Part shown: piece after piece, positions 17,155 to 26,525 of the stretch
How positions within the stretch are numbered: the stretch's first letter is position 1
Layout: every line of letters begins with the position of its first letter
Source: Candidatus Electronema halotolerans
GTDB taxonomy: Bacteria; Desulfobacterota; Desulfobulbia; Desulfobulbales; Desulfobulbaceae
Assembly: GCA_942493095.1 (NCBI GenBank)
Contig: OW818675.1
Location: 1,890,001-1,922,000, forward strand
DNA length: 32,000 bases
Reading direction: 5' to 3'
Translations under genes and position numbers: made by a program
Notes under the pieces: model-generated
The model's database searches: none
What the model saw: the letters and a program-made list of their open reading frames with translations, nothing else
What the model was told of the DNA's origin: nothing

Positions 17155-17190
17155 AAAGCGGTGCTTCCCGTATTAGGAAAACACCGCTTT
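17155..17190 (-). terminator. Intrinsic terminator on the minus strand, probably for the AMIN-domain gene
   Basis: Minus strand aaagcggtg...ttcc...ggaa...caccgcttt followed by a T run. Confidence 0.8.
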
Positions 17191-17226
17191 CTCAAGCACT
17201 TGGTTCGGCTCGGTTATTTTTTGTCC

Positions 17227-17295
17227 GCCTTGTAAGCAAACAAGCTGGAGGTGGAAATTCTTTGTCCGGCTCCGCTCTCCCTGATCAGAAACCGG
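17227..17295 (+). pseudogene. priA: Diverged fragment of priA 3' region
   Basis: Hand alignment to 11300..11374: 60 of 69 aligned nt identical plus one 6-nt deletion; reads AL*ANKLEVEILCPAPLSLIRNR versus ALEANKLEVEILGPAPAPLSLIRNR in intact PriA. Confidence 0.88.
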
Positions 17296-17313
17296 CAGAA
17301 TCTGTTCAACTAC

Positions 17314-18258
17314 TCAGTTCAAGTGCTTGGCAGCACTGCCCAGCGTGTTGATGATCAGGACAAAAAGATTATCATTTTTGAAAAAAACCTGCTGAAGATC
17401 ATAGCTTTTATTCGGCATTAAATCGAGCACCACCCGAATTTTCTGTTCCGCCGGATTGTTGTTGATGCGGATGCTGCGGACAAATTTGCCGTCTGCCGGA
17501 ACTGTCTCAGCCAGCCGCTCGCCAGCAACAGTGTCCTGAAAATCGCAGACCACTCTTGGCTTGTTCTCCTCCAAGCCAAAGACCACCGGCGGATGAAATT
17601 TGTTCAGCCTGAACATGACCATTTCCCCCCGGTTGGAATTTTTGTCAAACAGCACCGTGGTAAGCACTGTGGAGCTGCCATTGAATGAGGTGGCGGGCCT
17701 GCTGCTCTGCACTGTCTTCTCCTGCGGCGGCGCAGAGACGGCAGGAGGAGGCACTGTTTTCACTGCTGGCTGCCTGACAGGCGGCTGAACCTGCTTTTTT
17801 GGCGGCTTGCTGCTGCTGACCACAGGCGGAGCAGGCCGGGGCAATGGTTTGATGCCTGCATCATGGACAATGACGGTCAGGAGATGATGCTCCTGGTCAG
17901 GCTCCTGAATGGTCTGCACATGTCGGCCTTCCACCAAATCAAGCACCACCCGCGTCTTGCTTTCGTGAAGTCCCACCCGGACCCGTTCAACCAGCTTGCC
18001 GTTGATATCAACACTGTTTCTGATTCGTTTGCTGACCCCGGTGTCGCTGAAATCAAAAACCAAACGGGGCTTGCCCTCTCTGATCGGGAAAAATTTCGGC
18101 ATCTCAGAACCGGTCAGACGAAAAATGATCCGCTCTTCGTTCGGGGAGATGCTCTCAAAACGGATATCTTGCAAAAGCTGGGCTGCTGCAGCTGCGGGCA
18201 GGCTGTGCAAAAAAGTGAACAGGAGCGCGAGTGCTGCCGCTGAAATAATTCTCAACAT
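17314..18258 (-). CDS. Secreted protein with two AMIN-like domains separated by a Pro-rich linker
   Basis: Signal peptide; RIIFRLTG...PRLVFDFSDT...RVRVGLHESKTRVVLDL and repeated VMFRLNK...PRVVCDFQDT...IRINNNPAEQKIRVVLDL; Pro-rich linker between. Confidence 0.8.
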   Translation of the reverse strand: MLRIISAAALALLFTFLHSLPAAAAAQLLQDIRFESISPNEERIIFRLTGSEMPKFFPIREGKPRLVFDFSDTGVSKRIRNSVDINGKLVERVRVGLHESKTRVVLDLVEGRHVQTIQEPDQEHHLLTVIVHDAGIKPLPRPAPPVVSSSKPPKKQVQPPVRQPAVKTVPPPAVSAPPQEKTVQSSRPATSFNGSSTVLTTVLFDKNSNRGEMVMFRLNKFHPPVVFGLEENKPRVVCDFQDTVAGERLAETVPADGKFVRSIRINNNPAEQKIRVVLDLMPNKSYDLQQVFFKNDNLFVLIINTLGSAAKHLN

Positions 18259-18811
18259 TGATCCTCTGTTGTCGCCGCTGAAGGAAACAGGAAATACTTT
18301 TTGACATTGGCATCTTCTTTGAATATAACCGCCCGCGTTCCAGTGTCAACTGATTTCGGCCCTGAACCGCCGCCCAGCTTGCAGAACTTGGCGCGGCAGC
18401 CGGTTTCAACGCAGAAATCCTGCTCCATCCGCACCGGGTTCTTTTGCCGCAGAGCAAACGCGACTGCCGAGCTTGTCCTTCTGGACAAATACAGCTGAGG
18501 CAGTAAAATGCAACCCAAGTTGTGACCTGTAAAAACATCTGAATTTTCCCCCTGCATGTGTTATGTTTTGCTGTCTGAAAAACACACAACCGCATGCAGG
18601 AAACAATAATTGGTCTCGAAATTACAACAAGTTACTGTCAGCGTGCTGACTTTCTGGCTGCCGTCGGCCATCGGGATGATCCTCAGTGCCAAATGAATAC
18701 GGCGGCGGCTTCCTTCAACGGGAAGGATGAGAGAAGCCACAGTTTTCTTAAAGAATATCGACATCTTCCTGTCTGCCGGAATATCCGCATGAAAGAACTG
18801 CCGCATTTATT

Positions 18812-19759
18812 ATGACATCCTTACTTGCCTCTTCCATCTACATAGCTGGACATCGCGGCTTGGTCGGCAGCGCAATCTGCCGTGCGCTGGCGCAGGCTGG
18901 CTGCGCCAATCTGCTGACCCGAACCCACGCTGAACTGGATTTGACCGATCAGGCGGCGGTGCGCCGCTTTTTTGCTGAAGAACAGCCGGAATACGTCTTT
19001 CTTGCTGCGGCTAAAGTCGGCGGCATTCATGCCAACAACAGCAGTCCGGCGGATTTCATCCGTGACAACCTGCTGATTCAGACCAATATCATTGACGCGG
19101 CTTGGCGGCACGGCACGAAAAAGCTGCTTTTTCTTGGCTCATCCTGCATTTATCCCAAGCTCGCGCCTCAGCCGATGCAGGAGGAGCATCTCCTCACCGG
19201 CCCGCTGGAGCCGACCAACGAATGGTACGCTGTCGCCAAAATCGCAGGCATCAAGACCTGTCAAGCCTATCGCCAGCAATACGGTTTTGACGCGATCAGC
19301 CTGATGCCGACCAATCTCTACGGGCCGGGTGACAACTTTGACCTGCAAAGCTCGCATGTCCTGCCCGCCTTGATCAGAAAATTTCACGAAGCCAAGATCA
19401 ACGGTCTGCCGGAAGTGGAAATCTGGGGCACTGGTACCCCGAAGCGGGAATTTCTCCACGTTGATGACCTTGCTTCGGCCAGCCTTTTTCTGATGGAGCG
19501 GTACAGCGAGGCGGAAATCATCAACATTGGTTCCGGGCAGGAGGTCACAATTGCTGATTTAGCCGCTTTGGTCAGCCGAACAGTTGGCTTTCCGGGCGCA
19601 GTCCGCTATAATCCAGCCATGCCTGACGGCACGCCGCGCAAGCTGCTGGACGTGTCCAAACTTACGACCTTGGGCTGGCAGAGCCGAATCACTCTTGAAG
19701 AAGGCATTGCTTCAACGTATGCTTGGTTTCTTGAACACGGGCAGCAGGCCCGCCTATAA
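18812..19759 (+). CDS. fcl: GDP-L-fucose synthase (NAD-dependent epimerase/reductase)
   Basis: [70 protein letters not shown]. Confidence 0.93.
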   Translation: MTSLLASSIYIAGHRGLVGSAICRALAQAGCANLLTRTHAELDLTDQAAVRRFFAEEQPEYVFLAAAKVGGIHANNSSPADFIRDNLLIQTNIIDAAWRHGTKKLLFLGSSCIYPKLAPQPMQEEHLLTGPLEPTNEWYAVAKIAGIKTCQAYRQQYGFDAISLMPTNLYGPGDNFDLQSSHVLPALIRKFHEAKINGLPEVEIWGTGTPKREFLHVDDLASASLFLMERYSEAEIINIGSGQEVTIADLAALVSRTVGFPGAVRYNPAMPDGTPRKLLDVSKLTTLGWQSRITLEEGIASTYAWFLEHGQQARL

Positions 19760-20566
19760 ATGAATCTGACTGCTTTTGCCGCCTTTCTCCGCCTGCTCTA
19801 CAATCGGCGCAGGCTGATCACAGCTATGGCGGCGCGGGAGTTGCGTTCCCAGTATGTGGCCTCGTCGCTCGGCCTGCTCTGGACGCTGATTCATCCGATT
19901 GTGATGATCACGGTCTTCTGGTTTGTCTTCAGCGTCGGCTTCAAGGCCAGACCGCTCAATGACGTGCCGTTCGTGGTCTGGCTTACAGCGGGCATGGCTC
20001 CGTGGTATATTTTTTCCGAGATAGTCAGCGGCTCGACCGGCATTGTCATCGCCCATGCCCACTTGGTCAAGAAAACTCTTTTTTCCTCGCAAATACTGCC
20101 TCTTGTCAAAATCGCCTCAGCCTTGGTCACGCACGGAATTTTCCTGCTGGTCCTGCTGACCTTGCTCCTCTTTCAGCAGATGCCAGTCAGTCTGTATTAT
20201 GTGCAGGCCCTGTATTATCTTTTCTGCCTGCTCATGCTTTCGCTCGGCATTGCCTGGGGCTTGGCCGCGCTCAATGTGTTCATGCGCGATGTGGCCCAGC
20301 TCGTGGCCGTGCTCCTCCAGATCGGCTTCTGGGTCACGCCGATTTTCTGGGACATCAGCATGATGAGTCCAAAAATTCAGCATCTGCTCAAGCTCAATCC
20401 GATCTATTATGTGGTGCAGGGCTACCGGGATTCCTTTATCACTTTTCAGCCGGTCTGGTCGCATCTTGCCTACACAGCCTACTACTGGGTTGTCACTGCC
20501 GCTGTGCTGGCCAGCGGCGCATACATTTTTCGGAAGCTGCGACCCCAGTTTCCTGACGTGCTGTAA
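19760..20566 (+). CDS. wzm: Polysaccharide ABC exporter permease (Wzm-type)
   Basis: MAARELRSQYVASSLGLLWTLIHPIVMI, TPIFWDISMM, LNPIYYVVQGYRDSF, six-helix ABC-2 pattern. Confidence 0.88.
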   Translation: MNLTAFAAFLRLLYNRRRLITAMAARELRSQYVASSLGLLWTLIHPIVMITVFWFVFSVGFKARPLNDVPFVVWLTAGMAPWYIFSEIVSGSTGIVIAHAHLVKKTLFSSQILPLVKIASALVTHGIFLLVLLTLLLFQQMPVSLYYVQALYYLFCLLMLSLGIAWGLAALNVFMRDVAQLVAVLLQIGFWVTPIFWDISMMSPKIQHLLKLNPIYYVVQGYRDSFITFQPVWSHLAYTAYYWVVTAAVLASGAYIFRKLRPQFPDVL

Positions 20567-20568
20567 TC

Positions 20569-21879
20569 ATGTCTGAGCCGGTCATTTCTGTCCGCAACGC
20601 AAGCAAAGTTTATGCGCTCTACCGCAAGCCGATTCACCGGCTGCTGGAGATTTTTCATCCTCGCGGGAGAAAATATCACACACCCTTCCGGGCCTTGGAC
20701 AATATCAGCTTTGAGCTGGGCCGGGGCCAAGCCTTGGGCATTATTGGCCGCAACGGCAGCGGCAAGTCCTCCCTGCTCCAGCTCATCACCGGCATTCAGC
20801 AGCCGAGCAGCGGCACGGTGCAGGTCAAGGGCCGCATTTCCGCCCTGCTGGAGCTGGGCGCAGGCTTCAACCCGGAGTTCACAGGCCGGGAAAATGTCTA
20901 TCTCAACACCGCCATTCAGGGCTTTTCTGAAGAGGACACAGATGCCCGTTTTCAGCGCATCGCGGAATTTGCCGACATCGGCGAGTTCATCGACCGGCCT
21001 GTTAAGACCTATTCCAGCGGCATGTACATCCGCTTGGCCTTTGCCGCCGCAATCAGTGTCCAGCCAGAAATCCTGATTATCGATGAAGCCCTGTCTGTAG
21101 GCGATATTTTCTTTCAGCAGAAGTGCATGACTCAGATGCAGAAGATGATGGCAGGCTGCACCATTGTCTTGGTCAGTCATGACACGCATTCGATAGTCAA
21201 TCTCTGCGACCGAGTCCTCCTGCTGGAGAATGGGCGGGTCATGTTTGACGGCGATCCGGTGGATGGCGTGGCTGAATACACCAAAATTCTCCATGACGAG
21301 CATTTCAGCGGCGGGAAGAAGAAAGAACGGCTGAAGACTGCATCATTGCCCTCGCCGCCGGTCAGCACGCCGGGCCTGCTGGAAGATTTCTCCCAGTGGA
21401 TCAAGGTGCCGCACGAGAAACGCTCCGGGGTGGAGGAGGCGGCAATTGAGTATCTAAGCGTGATCAGCAACGGCAAGCCGGTTAATGTAGTGCAGAAGGG
21501 CGATTTGATCACCATTCGTCTGCTGGTTCATGCTGCGACTACTTTAGACGAGCTGATTTTCGGCTACACCGTCAAAGACCGGATCGGCAATGCAGTTTTT
21601 GGTGAAAACAGTCTTTGTCTGAATATGCCAGCTCCGCGTTTGCAGGCCGGACGCAGCATTGTTGAGTATTCCTTCCGCTGGCCAGAGGTTTATCCTTACA
21701 AATACACGATCACGGTCGGCATTGGCCAGGGCGAGGCCGCGCTGGGCCATGTGGTCCAGTGCTGGGCGCATGACATTGTTTCCCTGACCGCCGTGACTCC
21801 AAACCGCTCCATTCATGGAATGTTCAATAATGATTTGGAGTCGTTGACGGTGCGGGCAGTGGAATCTGCTGAAGAATAA
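20569..21879 (+). CDS. wzt: Polysaccharide ABC exporter ATPase with extended C-terminal domain (Wzt-type)
   Basis: Walker A GRNGSGKSSLLQLI, SSGMYIRLAFA, LIIDEALSVGD; C-terminal beta domain with VYPYKYTITVGIGQGEA. Confidence 0.9.
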   Translation: MSEPVISVRNASKVYALYRKPIHRLLEIFHPRGRKYHTPFRALDNISFELGRGQALGIIGRNGSGKSSLLQLITGIQQPSSGTVQVKGRISALLELGAGFNPEFTGRENVYLNTAIQGFSEEDTDARFQRIAEFADIGEFIDRPVKTYSSGMYIRLAFAAAISVQPEILIIDEALSVGDIFFQQKCMTQMQKMMAGCTIVLVSHDTHSIVNLCDRVLLLENGRVMFDGDPVDGVAEYTKILHDEHFSGGKKKERLKTASLPSPPVSTPGLLEDFSQWIKVPHEKRSGVEEAAIEYLSVISNGKPVNVVQKGDLITIRLLVHAATTLDELIFGYTVKDRIGNAVFGENSLCLNMPAPRLQAGRSIVEYSFRWPEVYPYKYTITVGIGQGEAALGHVVQCWAHDIVSLTAVTPNRSIHGMFNNDLESLTVRAVESAEE

Positions 21880-21890
21880 CGAAAATTTTA

Positions 21891-23000
21891 TTGCAAATGA
21901 TCTACCCAAAAGACATAGTTGAATTTGTCAGCAATGACCCTGCGCTGAAGGAACGATTCAGCCACGTTGCCGCCATTGCCTCGGTCAACACAAGCACCAC
22001 GCCAGTTCCTCAGCAGGACTTCGCCTTTGAAGAGTATATGCTGAGAGAAGGCTTTGAAAAAAGCCGGGCAATTAGGAAATATTTGCATTTCATCGCTTCA
22101 ACCTACAGCATCTTCAACGATATATTTCACTATTTCCCCAAGAGAAATCTCAACAGCACCCACAAGGATGATGTCAGTGCTATTGGCACTGCGCCGGGAG
22201 AGCTGATCTATCACGCCATTTATCTGTATTGCTTGGATAGCTGGGGCGTGCCGGGCGATGTGATGGAATGCGGCACCTACAAGGGCTTTTCCGCCTGCTG
22301 CCTGAGCTGGGTCTGCAATTACCTTGGCCGACGGCTGATTGTCGCTGATTCCTTTGCTGGGCTGCCAGAGAACAGCACAGACCCTTATTACAAAAAAGGC
22401 GATTTTTGCGGCCAAATCGACGAAGTGCGGGCTAATCTGGAGGACTTTGGCAGGATTGCGCAGGTGGATTTCATCCAAGGCTTTTACGAGACCTCCCTGC
22501 GCGGCTTTGACCGCCCGCTCTGCCTGCTCTGGATGGACGTGGATTTGTACGAATCGGCAATGGATATTCTCAACAATGTCTTTCCTTTTCTCTCGTCCGG
22601 CGGAGTGATGATTTCGCATGAATTGTTTGCCGAGCGGGATTTTGACAACGGCCTGCTCAAGCCCACCATCGGCCCGTCCAAAGCTCTGAATGCCTTTTTC
22701 AGCGAACGCGGCCTCAGCTATCAGGCCATGCCGCTGGAAAACGGCTCCGGCTTGGTAGTGCCCTGCCAGCCGGGCGAAAAGTTGCTGCTTTCTTGCGCGC
22801 ATGTTCAGTTCCTCCGCGACCGCTGCCGCAATTCTGACACCGTGCTGGCCCGGCAGCAGGCGCAGGCCGAGCATGACATCCGCCATTGGCAGCACGAAGT
22901 GGATAAGCTGATGCAGATTTACCGCGCCACTGCTGATTTCAAGCTCAAGCAGGCGGTCAAAGGCATTCTTGCCGCCCTCGGCCTGTACAAGAAAAGCTGA
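21891..23000 (+). CDS. TylF/MycF-like O-methyltransferase (first ATG at 21897; ORF track uses TTG)
   Basis: WGVPGDVMECGTYKGFSACCLSWV, RRLIVADSFAGLPE, CLLWMDVDLYESAMDILN, GGVMISHE. Confidence 0.8.
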   Translation: MQMIYPKDIVEFVSNDPALKERFSHVAAIASVNTSTTPVPQQDFAFEEYMLREGFEKSRAIRKYLHFIASTYSIFNDIFHYFPKRNLNSTHKDDVSAIGTAPGELIYHAIYLYCLDSWGVPGDVMECGTYKGFSACCLSWVCNYLGRRLIVADSFAGLPENSTDPYYKKGDFCGQIDEVRANLEDFGRIAQVDFIQGFYETSLRGFDRPLCLLWMDVDLYESAMDILNNVFPFLSSGGVMISHELFAERDFDNGLLKPTIGPSKALNAFFSERGLSYQAMPLENGSGLVVPCQPGEKLLLSCAHVQFLRDRCRNSDTVLARQQAQAEHDIRHWQHEVDKLMQIYRATADFKLKQAVKGILAALGLYKKS

Positions 23001-24145
23001 TGTACGAACAATATCTTGTCACAGACAGCGGCAAGCTGCGGCAGATCGAGGATGCCCTTCTAAGCAGCTATTTCAAGAATTACGATCAGGATTTTCTCCA
23101 GACTGAAACCGGCAAGGAGGACATCAAGGCCAATGTTTATCGGCGATATGACAGGGCCTTGCTGCATGCCGTGCCTTGGGTGGCCCGGCAGATTGACCTG
23201 CGCGGCAAGACTGTGGTCGAAATCGGCAGCGGCACTGGTTCCAGCACGGCGGCCTTTGCCCATTTTGTTGAAAAAATAGACGGCTATGACATTGACGCGC
23301 AGGCTTTGGCCGGGGCGCGGGCGCGGCTGGAGGTGATGGGATTGCGCAACGTTGTCCTGCATCACGTTGTGCCGGAAAATTTAGTCAGCACCCTGCGGGA
23401 CAATCATGCCGACGGCGTGGACATTGTCCTCCTTTTTGCCGTGCTGGAACATCAGACCATCCGTGAGCGGCAGGAAACTCTGAAGCTCTGCTGGGAAATG
23501 CTTAAGCCGGACGGTCTGCTGGTGGTCACGGAAACGCCCAATCTGCTGCAATACTCGGACTTGCACACATCCCTGCTGCCCTTTCTCCATCTGCTGCCGA
23601 CCGAACTCTATGCCCGTTATGCAGACCGTTCACCCAGAGAAGGCTTTGGCGGCTGCTTTGCCAACGCTGATTCCATGTCCTTGCGGGACTTGGACACCTC
23701 GATCATGCGCTGGGGTCGGGGCGTAAGCTATCATGATTTTGAACTGGCTCTGGGCAAGGATCATGGCAAACACCTTGTTGCGCATGGTTTTGAGGAAGAA
23801 ATTTTGAGCTGGGTGGAAGTGCATTTTGAAGAGGAACTGCTGCGCCATTATTTTTTGGTCAAAAAGCTCGATGTGCCGCTGGCTTTCTCCCGGATCGTGC
23901 TCAATTTGATTTACAAAAAAAGCGAAGCTCCTGCGCCGGAACTTGCGCCGCCGCCGGAGAACATTTTTATTGCGGAAAAACAGCTGCTCCGTGAGAAGGA
24001 ATTTGTCATCAGTAGTTTAAACAAACGGCTGGCCGCTGCGGAGCAGCAGCTCAATGAAGTGCTGTCTTCTAAACGTTGGCTTTTGGGCACTCTTCTTGCC
24101 GCACCGTATCGAAAACTGAAGGAGCTGCTCGCCAGCCAGAAATAG
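23000..24145 (+). CDS. Class I SAM-dependent methyltransferase with C-terminal coiled-coil tail
   Basis: TVVEIGSGTGSSTAAFA, LKPDGLLVVTETPN; Gln/Glu/Lys-rich tail; ATG overlaps the preceding stop. Confidence 0.85.
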   Translation: MYEQYLVTDSGKLRQIEDALLSSYFKNYDQDFLQTETGKEDIKANVYRRYDRALLHAVPWVARQIDLRGKTVVEIGSGTGSSTAAFAHFVEKIDGYDIDAQALAGARARLEVMGLRNVVLHHVVPENLVSTLRDNHADGVDIVLLFAVLEHQTIRERQETLKLCWEMLKPDGLLVVTETPNLLQYSDLHTSLLPFLHLLPTELYARYADRSPREGFGGCFANADSMSLRDLDTSIMRWGRGVSYHDFELALGKDHGKHLVAHGFEEEILSWVEVHFEEELLRHYFLVKKLDVPLAFSRIVLNLIYKKSEAPAPELAPPPENIFIAEKQLLREKEFVISSLNKRLAAAEQQLNEVLSSKRWLLGTLLAAPYRKLKELLASQK

Positions 24146-24156
24146 CAAGACTGAGA

Positions 24157-25635
24157 ATGCCGCGTGTTTCTGTCATCATCCCATGTTTTAATCAGGGGAA
24201 GTTTATTGATGAAGCCATACATTCTGTCCTTGTTCAGACGTGGCAGGATTTCGAGATCATTGTTGTCAACGACGGCTCAACTGATCCTTTCACGGCCAAG
24301 CATCTGCGAGCACTGCATTTTTCAAAAACACGGGTGCTGCATACGACCAATAAAGGTCTGCCTGCCGCCCGGAACAACGGCATCCGTGAGGCGCAGGGCG
24401 AGTACATTTTGCCCTTGGATGCGGATGACCGTATCGGCCCGACCTATTTAGAACAGGCGGTCTGCCTGCTGGACAACGACCCGGAGCTGGGCATTGTTTA
24501 CTGCAAGGGCGAGTATTTCGGTGACCGGACCGGCGAATGGCTCTTACCAGACTACAGTTTGGATGAGATGCTGCTCAACAATGTCATCTTCTGCACCGCC
24601 TTGTTCCGCAAAGCTGACTGGGAGGAGACAGGCGGCTTTGACCCGGCAATGGTTCACGGCTGGGAAGATTATGATTTCTGGCTTTCCCTGATTGAACGAG
24701 GCCGGAAGGTCAAAAGAATCTCTGAGATTCTTTTTTATTACCGCATCCGCTCCGACTCCATGCTGCGCAGCCGAGAGAAAAGGCAGAAGGTTGAAATTCT
24801 GGTCAGAATTTTTCACAAACATGAGGCCCTGTACAAGCAGCACATTGATGTTCTCTTTGATCGGCTGGTGGATATCAAAGGTGTGTACCTTGAAGCAGCT
24901 CTTTTTTGCCGCGAGCAGAACAGCGAGGAGCGGTGGCTGCTCGGCAGCAGAAAGGTGGATATTCAGACCAACTGCTTGGTCTTTGAGCAGATTGCGCTGG
25001 ATGGCGATGCGGTGCTGGAGCTTTGTTTGGTTAATGAGCAGGCAATTATCAGCATCAAATCTGTGCAGATGCGGAGCAGTGATGCAGTCAAGGAAGTGTC
25101 TTTCCAGAGCAACGCTGTCTTGGTTGACGGCAGTCTTCATTATTTTAACAGCAAAAAGCCATTGCTAACCATCTGCCCGGAGCGGTCGGGACAGGACAAG
25201 ATACGCCTGACAGTTGAGCTGGATTATTTGATTATTGGCGAAGCAGTGCCGGAGCATCTCATAAAAAAACTCAACCAAGAGCTTGCGACGGCTCGGCCCG
25301 CGCTTGCCGGGTTGCAAGAATACATCAGCAGAAAAACGGCAGCACAGTCTTTTTCTCTCAAAACGATTGTGGAAAAGCTGCTGCTCTTCTGCACCAGCAG
25401 AGCTTATCGGGTTATTCTTCGTTCCGGTCTTTTTGACAGGGAATTTTATCTGAATCAATACACAGATGTTTTTTTTAAAGAAATTGATCCGCTGATTCAC
25501 TATTGCAAAACAGGCTGGCAAGAGAACCGCAAACCAAATGCCTCATTTGAGCCAGAAGCGTACAGGAAGACTTGCGAGATGCCCTCTCGAACGAATCCTC
25601 TGTTGCATTATCTTGAAACAGGCGGCAGATCATGA
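24157..25635 (+). CDS. Glycosyltransferase family 2 with C-terminal extension
   Basis: MPRVSVIIPCFNQGKFIDEAIHSVLVQTWQDFEIIVVNDGSTD, LPLDADDRIGP, W-D-YDFWL; start chosen at internal ATG 24157. Confidence 0.88.
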   Translation: MPRVSVIIPCFNQGKFIDEAIHSVLVQTWQDFEIIVVNDGSTDPFTAKHLRALHFSKTRVLHTTNKGLPAARNNGIREAQGEYILPLDADDRIGPTYLEQAVCLLDNDPELGIVYCKGEYFGDRTGEWLLPDYSLDEMLLNNVIFCTALFRKADWEETGGFDPAMVHGWEDYDFWLSLIERGRKVKRISEILFYYRIRSDSMLRSREKRQKVEILVRIFHKHEALYKQHIDVLFDRLVDIKGVYLEAALFCREQNSEERWLLGSRKVDIQTNCLVFEQIALDGDAVLELCLVNEQAIISIKSVQMRSSDAVKEVSFQSNAVLVDGSLHYFNSKKPLLTICPERSGQDKIRLTVELDYLIIGEAVPEHLIKKLNQELATARPALAGLQEYISRKTAAQSFSLKTIVEKLLLFCTSRAYRVILRSGLFDREFYLNQYTDVFFKEIDPLIHYCKTGWQENRKPNASFEPEAYRKTCEMPSRTNPLLHYLETGGRS

Positions 25636-26513
25636 AACGCACCAGTATCATCATTCTTAACTGGAACGCTGCTGAAGACACGATGAGCTGTGTCCGCCAG
25701 CTTCAGGCCTTTCTCGTGGATGAAGCGACCATCTATGTTGTGGACAATAACTCAGCTCCAGCGGATCAGGAAAATCTCCGGCAAGGCTGTCAACATGTTA
25801 TTTTTATTTGGAATGACAAGAATCTCGGCTATGCTGGCGGCAACAATGTCGGCATCCGCAGTGCTGTCAGCGAAGTACACGAGTTTGTCCTGCTGATGAA
25901 CAACGATGCCCGGATTGAGGAAAAGGATTTTCGGCTCTTAGTGCAGGCAATGGATGCAGAACCAAACTTAGGTGTTGTCGGGCCGATCATCCGTGACCGG
26001 CCTAGCGGCGCAATCCTGAACGCGGGCGGCAGGGACATAGGCCGTCATTATATTTCCCATTTTAAAGAACCATTGCAGCAGGATGCGCTCTACAATGCAG
26101 ATTATGTCTCCGGCACTGTCTGTCTCATCCGTGCCTGCTTGTTTGATATGATCGGCCTGCTGGATGAGAGCTATTTTTTCAGCGGCGAAATTGCTGATTT
26201 CTGCACAAGGGTACAAAAAAAACATTTTCGCACAGCAGTGCAGCCGTTGGCCGAAGCGGTGCATGACCTCGCCGCCTCACACGGCAACCGGGGTGGAATT
26301 TACACCTATTATACCGTCCGCAATCGCTTTCTCTACATCCGCAAGCACCTTCGTTCCTCCATTCCGGTACTCTTTCCCTATTGGACAGCCCTCCACCTTC
26401 GCCATGCCTTCCGCTGTTTGCGGGAGAAAAAACAGACCGAACTGCGGATGGTGCTGAAAGGACTTGCCCACGGTTTGCGCGGAAAATTCGGCCCGCTGAC
26501 ACCACGCAGCTAA
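25632..26513 (+). CDS. Glycosyltransferase family 2 (rhamnosyltransferase-like)
   Basis: TSIIILNWNAAEDTMSCVRQLQ, VDNNS, NKNLGYAGGNNVGIR, LLMNNDARI; ATGA overlap with the upstream gene. Confidence 0.88.
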   Translation: MKRTSIIILNWNAAEDTMSCVRQLQAFLVDEATIYVVDNNSAPADQENLRQGCQHVIFIWNDKNLGYAGGNNVGIRSAVSEVHEFVLLMNNDARIEEKDFRLLVQAMDAEPNLGVVGPIIRDRPSGAILNAGGRDIGRHYISHFKEPLQQDALYNADYVSGTVCLIRACLFDMIGLLDESYFFSGEIADFCTRVQKKHFRTAVQPLAEAVHDLAASHGNRGGIYTYYTVRNRFLYIRKHLRSSIPVLFPYWTALHLRHAFRCLREKKQTELRMVLKGLAHGLRGKFGPLTPRS

Positions 26514-26525
26514 TCAGGAAGCAAC

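Noticed and set aside
11516-17313. Transposon or phage origin of the five-gene segment
   Set aside because: No transposase, integrase, phage gene or terminal inverted repeats seen; only the priA fragment supports acquisition, so homologous recombination or decayed duplication is preferred.
18594-18815. 73-aa plus ORF just upstream of fcl
   Set aside because: Short, no motif; could be leader sequence but cannot be supported from this window.
24544-25140. 198-aa minus ORF inside the GT2 gene
   Set aside because: Antisense to a clear glycosyltransferase; shadow ORF.
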